Assembly (NCBI RefSeq): GCF_009914755.1
Contig: NC_060947.1
Direction: 5' to 3' (one strand)
Length of the DNA: 64,000 bases
Origin: the human T2T-CHM13v2.0 reference genome, Homo sapiens
Of this stretch, positions 31,498 to 44,175 are shown piece by piece. The translations under genes were made by a program, and so were the position numbers. The first letter of the stretch is position 1; each line of letters opens with the position of its first letter. The notes below the pieces were generated by a model. It did no database searches. It saw nothing but the letters and a program-made list of their open reading frames with translations, and had not been told where the DNA came from.

Positions 31498-33880
31498 CTG
31501 TAAGAATGAGATGTCCGCCAAAGGTTACTTGGGGATAGTACTCCAGAAAACCTGTTATTCCAAAAGTTAGAGTCAAGGTCACAGTGGAGAAGCATGCCCC
31601 TGTAATTACTGACAAAAAGTAGTATTTGCTTGCTGCCAACATCAGCCTAACCTTATGGTTGCTCTGAGGCAAGATTTCTGGCAATCATTCAATTCATTCA
31701 TTCATTCAACTAGAGTTCCTACTATATTCTAGGAACTGTCTTATGCACTGGAGGTGCAGTAGCAAACAAGACAGATAATGGAGATCATATTCTCAAGACA
31801 TTAAGCACATAAAGAAATAAATAAGAAAATTTCAAGTTGTTATAAATATAAAAGATAGTGGTCTGCTAGAAAGTGATGAGGCAGGAGGTAGAGGATACTT
31901 TCAGTGTAGTAGTCAGGAAGGGCCTCTCTGAGGAGGTGACATTTGAGTAGAGATCTGACTAATGAAAAAGAAGCAAGATTTTCAAAGATCTAGTGGAAGA
32001 GCATTGAAAACAGATAAAACAAATGCAAACGTCCAGAGGCAGAAATAAGTTTGGTATAGTCAAGTAAAGTGTGGCTGAAGCACAGTGAATCAGCAGAGGA
32101 GTAACAGAAAATATGGTCAAAAAGGAAACATAACATGTAGGACCTTGCAGGCCACAGGAATTTGGATGAATTTGGATTTTACAAGAAGTAAAATAAGAAG
32201 ACTTGGAACTTGTTTTGGAGGAACAGTCAACAGGACTTGCTCATAAATATGATGTGGAGATAGAAAAAAAGAGAGGAGTCAAAGAAAACTCCTATGATTT
32301 TGGCTTGTGCAACTGGGTTGTTAGTCAGGCCATGACAGAAAATCAGGAGGAAAATTAAGAGCTCTGTTTTATGAATACACTAAGTATAAAATGCCTATAA
32401 ACAGTCTGTTGAATGAACTGGATTGAGTGGGATAAAAACATAAAATAGCCTTATTTTTCTTAGACCACTGCTTTTAATTACTTTATGTGAGATCTCCCTT
32501 TTCTTGCACTTTGGTTGATCCCAAATCTTTTCCAGTAACCTTCAGGTATTAACCAACAGTATCACTCTTAGGTTCTAACAAGTCCAGTCCAGTCTAATAC
32601 CAAATTTTTGATGTCTTCTGCAATTGCAAGTTCCCTTCCTTCTCCAGCTACATTCTGACAGCCCCAGAAATCTGCAATATGTAAAGGTAATTTGTTTTGG
32701 CAGCTTCGCTGCTTTCCCACCTTCCTCTCCTAATCTTCCTCCCCAACTCACCTTTGTGTCTCTGGACCTGCCAAGGTAGGAGCAAGTGGAAAGGAGGGGG
32801 GAGGGTAAAAACAAATAGGCACAATGACAAAGTCTTTCTTGGAAGGAGCAGTGATAATGTGGCATTAGTACTCCCTAGTTGTGACACATACCAAAATTCT
32901 GCCTTTCTTTCTTAGGGAACTTATGAGTTATTTGGAGACCTCTCCCTGCCAACAAGGAGACACCCCACTGCTCCTGATCTTGGCATGGGATATACCTTCT
33001 CCAGCTGGTCACTTGTATCTCTCCTCTCAGATTCTGCTTCTGGCAGTACAACCCATACAGGCTTTTTCTATTGGGGTTATCTAATCCTGGCAGGAAGACC
33101 TCTCAGGCAGAGTCTTTGTAAGACAAGTCCCATTCAGTGACCTTCCTGGCCTTACACCTAACAATGGTAGTGCAGTTAGCTCCCACTATTGCCCACTCCC
33201 CCTGCTATTCCATCAGGAGAAGTCCTTTTGGCCTCTGACCTTGAAAATTTATCCAGATAAAAACCAGGCAGTGGTCAGTGTCTCCCAAGTTCCATAGGTA
33301 CCTTGTCCAGTCTTCTAAGTGGTTCTCCTGAAGCCTCCTTCATTATACCTTGACATGAGGGACAGGCCTCCCACTCCCCATGGGGTAAGCAACACATAAA
33401 ACACCGAAGAGGCTCTCCAAATAATAAATATTCAAATCTAAAGTCTTCCATAAGTTCCTAGCCTTTTTTTATACAAGGTTGGAGGTGAGTCAGGGCCTAA
33501 GGGTTGCAGAACCAATTTTGGACTACTACCTGAACAAGTTCTAAATCGATAGGCTGATATCTCTCTTTAGAATAAGGGGATACTTCCCACCTATAATTCT
33601 CAGCAACAATTCTAAGACAGAAAATGTCCTGTCATAACATGTTGTTACATACTTTATTTGACATCTAAGTGGAGGTAAGCAGTTGGCATAGACCAAGCAG
33701 AGGAAGACGGCCCAGCAAAAAGACAGAAAATGCAGTCAGTGTATTTCCCTATAGGTAGCAGTTAGGGAAACATTCTCTTTGGCAGCTGCACTTTTTAACT
33801 GCAACCTCAAGATTGGGGAATCTGTGATAGAAAATAAGATACCCAATTTCATAAATAGCATTCAACATTGTTTTCATTAC

Positions 33881-34002
33881 CCATCCAGGGTGGCCTTGGC
33901 TTAGCGATGTTGAAAAGGTGATCCGTGAATTCTACAAACAGAGTCTTTTTGTACACGACTGAGGTGTTGAATGGAAAAGATTTTGGCACTCTAGGAGGAA
34001 AT
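33881..34002 (-). CDS. F8: F8 exon 2 (122 bp, A1 domain: FPPRVPKSFPFNTSVVYKKTLFVEFTDHLFNIAKPRPPWM)
   Basis: cgcag| acceptor and |gtaatg donor; phase continues exon 1; ORF 33849..34043. Confidence 0.99.
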
Positions 34003-35713
34003 CTGCGTGAAGAAAGGAAAAAGTCGTTCATTTTGGTGGACACTTCAAAAAGCAGCTGGAAGTAATGCTTCCATACTACTCTTTTCTACTATTAGCAAGG
34101 AGGCAAATTTGAAGTTGTATATAAATCCCTAACATCCATTAAACCGAAACACTGTTTTCACAACTCAACTGATACATTAGGTGCCATATGATAAGAATCA
34201 TAAAATCAATAACCATACACTGCATCAGCCAAAAATCCTTTGCCAAAGCAATAGCTACTGCATCCTTCAATTTCATCTCTAAAACAGACTATAACTTTCA
34301 TCTAAGTACCTTGTGTTCAAATTTTGTCAGTATGTACCTAAAATTATACTTCCCTCCTTAGGGATACCAGGAATATCACAGAGAAAATTACCTTTCAGCA
34401 GACTATGTATATTGAAACCTACTAGTGCCAGAAGCTGTAATTCAGAATCAGTCCTACATTAATGTTCATTCTTGTCTCCACTCAGATACTCCCAATTACT
34501 CATTTATTCATGAACCAGCTACTGAATCAGAAATTATATAATTACTTATATAAATGTTCCCAAAATGTTATTATTTGCCTCCATTGTCAAAGCCCTTTTA
34601 AGCAAAGGCTGGTTCCCAACTTTTCCTCTCTCCCTGCATGACAGTTTAGCATGTCTGGGGGCCTCCTCACGCCAAATAATCAAAAGGACCAATGTGAATC
34701 TTGGTGAATAAGGGACACTGGCCCCAAGTGAATTGGTAGAAATTACAAAGTGGTTGAAGGTGACTATCTCCACTCACTAGTTTCATGTGCTGATGAGTTT
34801 TGCACACCATGGAGCAGTTCTGCAGCTTTCTCTATGCCATAAAGAGCCTCTCTTCCTGACTTTTATGCTTCTGGACATCTAACTTTTATCTCCCATCAGA
34901 TTTTACCAGTTGGTATCATTTCAACAAGCCAAAGGCACAACACATGGGCATTTGGGTAATTAAGGCTTAGTTGGAGAAAGCAAGGCTCCTGCCCTGGAAA
35001 AAAGCTTTCATGTGTAGATCTAAAATTGAGCATTTGCCCTCCACAGATATACATCGATTCACTTATGAACCGTATACTACATGCCACTTTGCCATAACAA
35101 AACACATCAGACATAAACATGGAAAAGGAGAGATTTTTAAAGACATACACTTAGATGTGAAGCAGTTGTTCGAGTCGCATGTCTTATTGACTCTCAGGGA
35201 CTTTTGAAAAGTGGTAGATGTGAAAGATGGAGAACAGCACAAATAAATGCTTGGTATGGCGGACCACTGAAGAAAGAACCCCAAATATCATCCAGTGAGA
35301 CACTCCCTCCATTGTCATAAATGATGGCAATAATGATAAAGTGAGGGAAAGGAGAGGCAGCTTCTGATTGTAAGTATTCATATGCTTGGAGTAAAAGCCA
35401 CACCATGCCTCAGATTACCAGGATGTGGAATGAATAAGAAGGGGTCTGGGCATTTATCACTTGTTTATTTCTTTCTCAGTCTTGTGGTGAAATAACAAAA
35501 GTCTCATTGTTCCTTTCAGGAGCAGCCACACTGGAGAATCATTCATTCTTGTAAGAAATTTTGCTTTTCCTTTAGTCAGAATGCTGAGATAGAGAAGGAA
35601 AATGCAATCTAAAAATGGTGAAAATGGCTAAATTGGTAAACCAGTGACCCATGGGGATTTTCTTCAATTTTAATAATTGTGGTAAAATACACATAAAATT
35701 TACTATCGTAAAT

Positions 35714-35991
35714 CTTTTTTTTTTTTTTTTTTTTTTGACAGGGTCTCACTCTGTTGCTCAGGCTGGAGTGCAGTGGCGAGATCCACCTCCCGGGTTCGAG
35801 TGATCCTCCCGCCTCAGCCGCCAGAGTAGGTGGGACTACAGGCGTGTGCCACCATGCCCGGTTAATGTTTTTGTAGAGACAGGGTTTCACCATGTTGCCC
35901 AGGCTGGTGTCACACTCCTGGGCTCAAGCAATCCACCCTCCTTGGCTTCCCAAAGTGCTGGGATTATAGGCATGAGGCACCATGCCCAGCC
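35714..35991 (-). mobile_element. AluJ (left member of a head-to-head pair)
   Basis: Alu consensus with poly-T. Confidence 0.9.
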
Positions 35992-36033
35992 CAAGCATGT
36001 TTAAATATACAGTTCAGTAGCATTAAATATTCT

Positions 36034-36323
36034 GGCCAGGTGTGGTGGCACACACCTGTAATCCCAGTACTTTGGGAGGCCAGGGCAGGATGATCACTTG
36101 AGCCCAGGGGTTCAACACCAGCCTGGGCAACACAGCAGTACCTGGCCTCTACAAATAATAATAATTAGCCAGGCGTGGTGGTGTGCACCTGTGGTCTTAG
36201 CTGCTTTGGTGCCTGGGGTGGGAGGATCACTTGAGCCCAGACAGTTAAGGCTGCAGTGAGCTATGATCACAAAACTGCACTCCAGCCTGGGCAACAGAGT
36301 GAGATCCCATCTCCAAAAAGAAA
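36034..36323 (+). mobile_element. AluJ (right member of a head-to-head pair)
   Basis: Alu consensus. Confidence 0.9.
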
Positions 36324-36697
36324 ACGTGTAATATGCTCCCATCTACCTCCAGAATTAATTTTATGTTGTAAACTGAAACTGTATAAACATTAAACAATAA
36401 CTCTCACCTCCTCCAGTCTCTGGCATCCACCATTCTACTTTCTGTATCATTTTGACTACTCTAAGTACCCAATATAAGTGGAATCATACAGCATTTGTCT
36501 TTTCATGACTGGCTTATTTCACTTAGCGTAATATACTCAAGGTTCATCTATGTCGTAGCATGTGTCAGAATTTCCTTCTTTCGTAATGCTTTGTGTGTAT
36601 ATACCACATTTAGATTATCCATTCATCTGTCAATAGACACTTGCAGTACTTCCACATTTTAGCTATTGTGAATAATGCTGCTTATAAACATGGATAT

Positions 36698-37080
<383 letters not shown>

Positions 37081-37369
37081 TGATGTATAAATATCTCTTT
37101 AAGACCCCATTTCAGTTCTTTTGCATATATAGCCAGAAGTCGAGTTGCTGGATCATATGGTAATTCTGTTTAATTTTTAGAGAAACTGCCCTATTGTACA
37201 TTTGCAATAGTGCACAAGGGTTCCAATTTCTCCACATCCTCACCAACATTCATTATTTTCTGTTTTAGTTTTGATAGTAGCCATCCTAATGGGTGTGAGG
37301 CAGTATCTCTTTGTAGTTTTGATTTATATTTCTCTAATGATTAGTGATGTTGAGCATCTTTTCTTTCTT

Positions 37370-38740
37370 TCCATCTCACCACATCACTATGGGCCTATTT
37401 ACTGTAGTTCCTCATAGCCAGTACATCATGTCCACCTTTTAACAAGAAATTACAAGGCACACTAAAGGGCAAAACCCACAAAATTTGAAGAGACTGAACA
37501 AGCAAGCATCAGAATCAGAGTCAAATATGGCAGGAATGTCATAATTATCAGACCAGGAATTTTTTAAACTATGATTAATATGCTAATGGCTTTAATGTAA
37601 AAAGTAGACAACATGCAATGACAGATGTATATCATAAGGAAAAATATGGAAATTCTAAGACAGAATAAAAAAGAAATGCTAGAGATCAAAACACTGTAAC
37701 AGAGATGAAGAATGTCTTTGATGGGCTCATTGGTTGATGAGACATGGCTGAGGAAAGAATCTCTGAGCTTGAGGACATGACAATAGAAACTTCCAATCAA
37801 AACTGAAAAGCAAAGAGAAAAAAAGACTGAAAAAAAAAAAAACACCAACAACAACGGCAGAGGCTATGCATGGGCCCAGAATGTCCAAAAACTGTGGAAC
37901 AACAACTACAAAAGTTGTAACATACACATAATGGAAATGCCAGAAGAAGAATGCAGAAATGAATAGGAGCAAATTTTTAAAGCAATAATGACTGAGAATT
38001 TCCCCCAAATTAATGTCAGACACCAGACACCATACCACAGATTCAGGAAGCTCAGAGAATACCAAAGAAGATGGATGCAGCTGGGCGCGGTGGCTCACGC
38101 CTGTAATCCCAGCACTTTGGGAGGCCGAGGCGGGCAGATCACGAGGTCAGGAGATCGAGACCATCCTGGCTAACATGGTGAAACCCCATCTTTACTAAAA
38201 AATACAAAAAAAATTAGCCAGCTGTGGTGGCGGGTGCCTGTAGTCCCAGCTATTCAGGAGGCTGAGGCAGGAGAATGGCGTGAACCCAAGAGGTGGAGCT
38301 TGCAGTGAGCCGAGTTCGCGCCACTGCACTCCAGCCTGGGTGACAGGGCGAGATTCTGTCTCAAAAAAAAAAAAAAAAAAAAAAAGATAGATGCAAACGA
38401 GCAAACAAATAAAAAAACCCTACACCTAGGCATATTATATTCAAACTCCAGAAAATCAAAGACAAAAAATGTTGTAAGAAACCAGATGGGGAAAAACACT
38501 TTATCCATAGAGGAGCAAAGATAAAAATTACATCCAACTTCGCCTCAGAAACCATGCAAACAAGAAGAGAGTGCACTGACATATTTAAAGTGTTGAGAGA
38601 AAGAAAAAACAGTCAACCTAAAATTCTGAACTCTGTGAAAGTATCCTTCAAAAATGAAGGAGAAATAAAAACTTTCTCAGACAATAAAAATTAAGGAATT
38701 TATTGACAGTAGACCTGCCTTTCAATAAATATCCAAAGAA
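37370..38740 (+). mobile_element. Old L1 ORF1 region with a nested AluY (38080-38384)
   Basis: actgagaatttcccccaaatta; cacctaggcatattatattcaaact; Alu TSD agat(g/a)gatgca. Confidence 0.78.
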
Positions 38741-38789
38741 GTTGTTCAGAGAGAAGGAAATTGAATCTACAAAGGATACGCATTACAGA

Positions 38790-40417
38790 ATGAATAAATG
38801 AAAAGAACATCAGCCACAGAAACAGCACTAAACAACCAAGTAGACTGAATGACTTAGCCACTTTGATGCTTACCAGTCTCTGCTGTTGGTGCCCCAATTC
38901 TTACAAAATGGATGTATGAAAGGAGGAGCCATGGCAGAGGCTATGCATGGGCCCAACATCATGGACTCATCAATACAGATCTAGCTACTGATGTTGTTAA
39001 TGTTCAACTTGCCAGTAACAGAGACCAAAGCTAAGGCTCTGATATGTCACCATTTCTCAAGAAAATCATTCAGTTGCTTGGTGAGCCTCAGTAAACACCA
39101 CCATTCAAGGCCTCACAGAATATTTGATCTTACATAACACTGCATCAGACCAAGAGACCTACTTTAAAGCAAGAAGATACATGACCATGGAATCCACTAC
39201 CCAGAAGCTACCCACTTGATAGAGTGGTAGGACAGCTTGTTGAAGGCACAGCTGAGGCACTAGCTTAGACATAATACCTAAGGACGAGGCACCATCCTGC
39301 AGGATGCAGTATATACTCTAGATCAATGGCCATCGTTTAGTGGGGTGTGTCCCGAAGTAAAATATATGGTTTTGGAAAACAAGGAGTGTAAGTAGGAGCA
39401 GCCTCACACTACCATTACTCCCAGTGACCCAATTAGGGAAACTATGCCTCTTATCCCAACTCTGGGCTCTGAGAGTTTAGAAGTACTGGTTCTTAAAAGG
39501 GGAATATGTCCGCCAGTGGACACACCAAGAGTCTCATTAAACTTGAAACTATGGTTGCCATCATATTACTTCAGATCACTATTAAGAGACCAAGAGGTAA
39601 GGAAAAGAGTCACTATCCTGGCAAGCGTAACCGATCCTGATCATCAGGAGGAAGGGCTGACATTACACAATGGAGACAGAGGAGAATATATTTGGCAGCC
39701 AGGTCATCTGCCTGGGTATCTCTTAGTATTCCCTTGTTCAATGTTGATGATAAATGGACAAGTACAGTCATGGCTTACAAAGGGCATGATGACCAGATAC
39801 CTTATCTGGTAACCCACTTGGAGCAGCAGAAGTATGAATTGAGAGGGTGGTGGGGGGAGGGATCTAGAATGGGTAGTAGAAGGGGAAGATGATGAGTACC
39901 GGTTGCAGACTCAAGAAAAGCTAAAGCAGCAGGAGTTGTGCTGTGTTCCAAACCTTTCTCTTTTGTTTCCCCAGGAAAGGGAGCCCATCAGAATCCTGAA
40001 GGAACCATTCCAGAACTTATGAAGCAAATGAATCTGAGCAGCAGAAAGGGTGGACCACAGTGGAGGCTGGTGTCCAGATTCACCGCTTCAGGACTAAAGC
40101 ACTTATTTCCTAAGCTGCTGGGTGTGCTGACAGCTGACAACTCTAATCTGAATTCCTCTCTGAGAACCAATTTTGGCTGAAGTCAGTCACCACATCCAAA
40201 CTCATGCCTTATTCCTGGTAAAGGTGGGACTATATAGGTCCAGACAACTTGCCTCAATAGAGAACATCTCTGCAGAGCCATCCTAGCTTGAGCTCCCTGT
40301 GGGACTGACCTTTATTCAGACTGTATCACCTCAACTTCTTTTACCCAATCCTGCTTCCTTCACTCCCCCATGGGTGTTGATCCAGAGGATCCCCCTCCTA
40401 TAAACTTTCTGCATGCA
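38790..40417 (+). mobile_element. ERVL-class internal remnant plus LTR16-type LTR (copy 1)
   Basis: gctatgcatgggcccaacatcatggactc; gcatcagaccaag; LTR end tcctgcttccttcac...ggtgttgatcc...taaactttctgcatgcaa. Confidence 0.65.
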
Positions 40418-40489
40418 AGAAAAAAAAGAGAGAAAAAAGGAGAAAAAAGCAGACAATAATTTTTATTCATGTGCTTAAAAAGTTGTAAA

Positions 40490-41530
40490 ATCACCCAAGG
40501 AAGCACATAAGTTGTCAGTATGTGAACAATGTTGGAAACATTTTATTTTGTCTGATTTCCTTTGGGAGAATTCATTGCCAGCTATAAATCTGTGGAAACG
40601 CTGCCACACAATCTTAGCACACAAGATTGGCAGAAAATCGCTTAGAAACACTGAAAACATGTGACAAAGTGCTTTCCGTGAAAAGGGTGGATGCGAAGCA
40701 GTAAGGACCCCCTTCATGAAGCACGCGGTCACCCTCCAGCCACCAGAACCAGAGGAACGCTGTGGTAACTGAGGGAAAACGCATCTAGGCACACGTCACG
40801 GTGGCACCTTCCAGCAGGTCCCCGGGGTTGTGCCCCTGGAGCTCTGACAAAGAGTGTGGCCCGGAAATGTGATGTTTGGACTGCAAGTTTTGGTGAGAAA
40901 TAACAATGCATCAGGTTGCAGACAAAGCAGACCCTGCTCTGTGCGTTTATGGGAGCCGCGCCCAACAGGAACCACAGGGAATGATCGAAAGGAGAGGGAC
41001 GGACACAAACAGACACACCAGAGAGAGGTTCTCAGGAGGAGGCTCTGTGGCCTCCAGACCACGTCAAAGCCAAGGCAGAAAGGATGAACTGAGGAAAGGA
41101 GGAAAATTTCCCCTTAAGGAAGGTAAAATCCAGAAGGGATCCCTAAAATGGTGAGCAGTTTAAACCTAGCAGTTTTGCATTAATTCACATAAAGTATAAT
41201 GAAAACTGTTGGACACACAAGGAGAGACTGGCCAATCTATAGTCACAGAGGAAGACCTTCACACCCCTTCACAGGATCTCGCAGCAGATTGGCTGAAAAG
41301 TCTCCTTGAAACTGCAGACCTCTCTCAAGGAGACCCACTGAGTTGGGCAAAGGTGGGGCCGACTTAATTCTTGCCTCCCTGCTCTCCCACGTAGCCCTGC
41401 ATTTCACTCCATTCCAGGGTTTCTGGGACACCCGAGAAAGCACGTAGTCCAGGGAGCACGTCTGCCAACTGAAGGCCTTGACAAATGACTTTCTGTACTG
41501 GCTGAGGGCCAGGGCCCAGCGTACTGATAA
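40490..41530. repeat. int1h-1 (about 1 kb low-copy repeat; its recombination with int1h-2 causes the F8 intron-1 inversion); boundaries approximate
   Basis: Non-transposon sequence about 15.3 kb into intron 1. Flanked by CTAGCTTGAGCTCCCTGTGG (40283) and the reverse complement of GTTGTTGGGAATGGTTACGG (ends 42190), which I recall as the diagnostic Inv1 primers (span 1908 bp). The partner copy is outside the window. Confidence 0.8.
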
Positions 41531-41719
41531 GGAAGCTCTTCCAGAAAAAAGTTGGGACAAAGGCATATTAGTGAGTGGACACAAACTAGAAAAATCTCCA
41601 AGTAATACGTTAATGCCAACAGAAAGCATCCATCTTGAAGGAAGCACAAACCAACAACACATATAAAAATGACTCTGGCAATTCACATCAGCTAGCCTCT
41701 GCATAGGCCATCGCAGTAC

Positions 41720-43475
41720 TGGCAAGACATGAGCTAAGTGGCTACAGCAGCAGGGAGAGAATTAATGCATGGACCCAAAAGCGTGGCTTCCCACTGACTA
41801 AGGCTGATCTAGCTACTGTTGCCACCAAAGTCCAACCTGCCAGCAACAAAAATCAATGCTGAGCTCCCAATATGCCATATTGGGCCCAACCCCTGGGCCC
41901 CTGACCAGTACTGGTCTGTGGCCTGTTAGGAATGGGGTCACATAGCAGGAAGTGAGCAGCAGGCAGGGAGCAAAGCTTCATCTGTATTTACAGCGGCTCC
42001 CCATCACTTGCATTACCGCCTGGGCTCTGCCTCCTGTGAGATCAGCTGCTGCATTAGATTCTCATAGGAGTGCGAATGCTACTGTGAACTGCATATGCAA
42101 GGGATCTAGGTTTTGTGCTCCTTATGAGAACCTAACTAATGCCGCATGATCTGAGGCGGACAGTTTCATGCCGTAACCATTCCCAACAACCCCAAAGTCT
42201 CTGGAAAAATTATCTTCCACGAAACCAGTCCCTGGTGCCAAAAAGGTTGGGGATTGCTGCAATATGGTATTGTCCATCACAGAGACAAACCAGCTTCTCG
42301 GTGGCCAGACACACTGAACTCCTTCCATCCTAGAAAGGACAGGACTTCATTGTGATACCTAATCTTGGCGTAACTTAGCCTTTCCTCCCTTCAGGGCCTT
42401 AGCCAGCACCACTATCTGAAATCTTACAGAGGATTTGATTCACTGATGTGGAATTCCATATAGCACCGTGTAGACCTGGGGAATCATTGTACAGCAAAAG
42501 AGATGAGGGAGTGGGTCCACAACCAGGCACAGGTAGAACTCCAGCTTGGAGGCAGGTCTCTGTGAGGATGGAGGGCCAGCCTCCAAGGTGCTGTATATGT
42601 ATGAATTCAAAGATGATTCTGTGTCCCCACTAAGAAGATTACATGGGGTTTGGGAATCAAAGAGTGGCAGCAAAAGAACTCTGATTAGCACCCCCGCCAA
42701 TGAGCCACGTGGGGAGTCTCTGCCGCCCCTCCCTGCAGCTCTGGGACCCGCAGCAGAAAGGCCCCTGCAGCAGAAAGGCAAGAGTATACGGCGGGTGCCA
42801 CCTGGCCCCGCCAGGCTAACCCAGGGCAATGCAGAGCAGTGGCAGGGAGAGGGGGTGAGGGGGAAGAATGGCAGGGGCTGGGGGTGCCATCACGCCCAGG
42901 GCGCGGGCAGGAGCGTGCAGCTGAGCCCTGAACCCACGACGACCTGGAGCTGAGCAGCAAGAGGGTGAGGGGCGCCCGGATGGCAGTCTAGGAAAGAACT
43001 CCCCAGTCCCAGCCATTGGGTGTGGGAAGTCAGCCTTCACCTCCGCTGAGGTGTGCGCCGGGATTGCCCCAGAGGAATGTTGCCTGTGGGGGCCACGCAC
43101 CTTCCTTCCCAAGACAGACCACGCCCCTCTACCAGGGCATGCCCCGCCCATTTCCAGGACAGGCCCCACCCCCTCTCTGGGCAGACCACGCCTCTTCCCA
43201 GCGCCGACTCTGCCCTGTCCCAGGATGGACAGCACTTCATGAGTGCTCAGTGCAGGGACACAGAGGCCTGGACATGTTGGTCCAACCTGGAAGGTTCATT
43301 CCAGCTCCAGAGCTCCCTGTAAGATCCAGCAAGGCTGTCCTGGAGCCTACCCGGCAGCGCGCTTCTCCCTCTGCCTATCCCTGATTCCTCAGGTGTTGAT
43401 CCCAAGAACACTCCAAATAAAATTCCTGCATGTTAATCTTCATCTCAGAGTCTACATCTAGGGAACACAACCAGT
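41720..43475 (+). mobile_element. ERVL-class internal remnant plus LTR16-type LTR end (copy 2), interrupted by MER1B and a CpG-rich segment
   Basis: aaggctgatctagctactg; aggtgttgatcccaagaacactccaaataaaattcctgcatgttaatct. Confidence 0.6.
41880..42259. mobile_element. MER1B hAT-Charlie element
   Basis: ggcctgttaggaa...gcattagattctcataggag...gaaaccagtccctggtgccaaaaaggttgggga. Confidence 0.85.
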
Positions 43476-43486
43476 AACATTAATTT

Positions 43487-43573
43487 TTTTTTTTTTTTTT
43501 TTGAGACGGAGTCTCGCTCTGTCGCCCAGGCCGGACTGCGGACTGCAGTGGCGCAATCTCGGCTCACTGCAAG
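43487..43573 (-). mobile_element. 5'-truncated AluYb8/Yb9 with 11-bp TSD
   Basis: Yb-diagnostic 7-bp duplication (rc CACTGCAGTCCGCAGTCCGGCC); TSD aacattaattt at 43476-43486 and 43574-43584. Confidence 0.9.
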
Positions 43574-43856
43574 AACATTAATTTATATTTAAACATACTC
43601 TAATGTCATCTACCTCTAAAAATTTCCATGGCACTAGTCTTAACATAAGCCTATGTAGTTTTCAGTCATTTAACATTATTATGCCCTTCCACATTCACCA
43701 ACTCATCCCTAGTTTGCTACCTTTCTCCTTTTTCCATATCATATCCTTGGTTCCACTACGTCTATCCTACCCCCTCTCTGTGCAGTTTCCATTGATTTCT
43801 AAGGTATTTCAACATAAGTTACCACAGTGCTTTCACTTTAAATGTTTCTGATTAAA

Positions 43857-44175
<319 letters not shown>

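Noticed and set aside
34540-35460. Non-repetitive-looking stretch with several 65-85 aa ORFs, possible old pseudogene
   Set aside because: No recognisable protein similarity, poly(A) tail or TSD by eye; needs tBLASTx to revisit
39444-39812. 122-aa ORF with dUTPase-like flavour
   Set aside because: Lies within a decayed ERVL internal region; catalytic motifs are not intact
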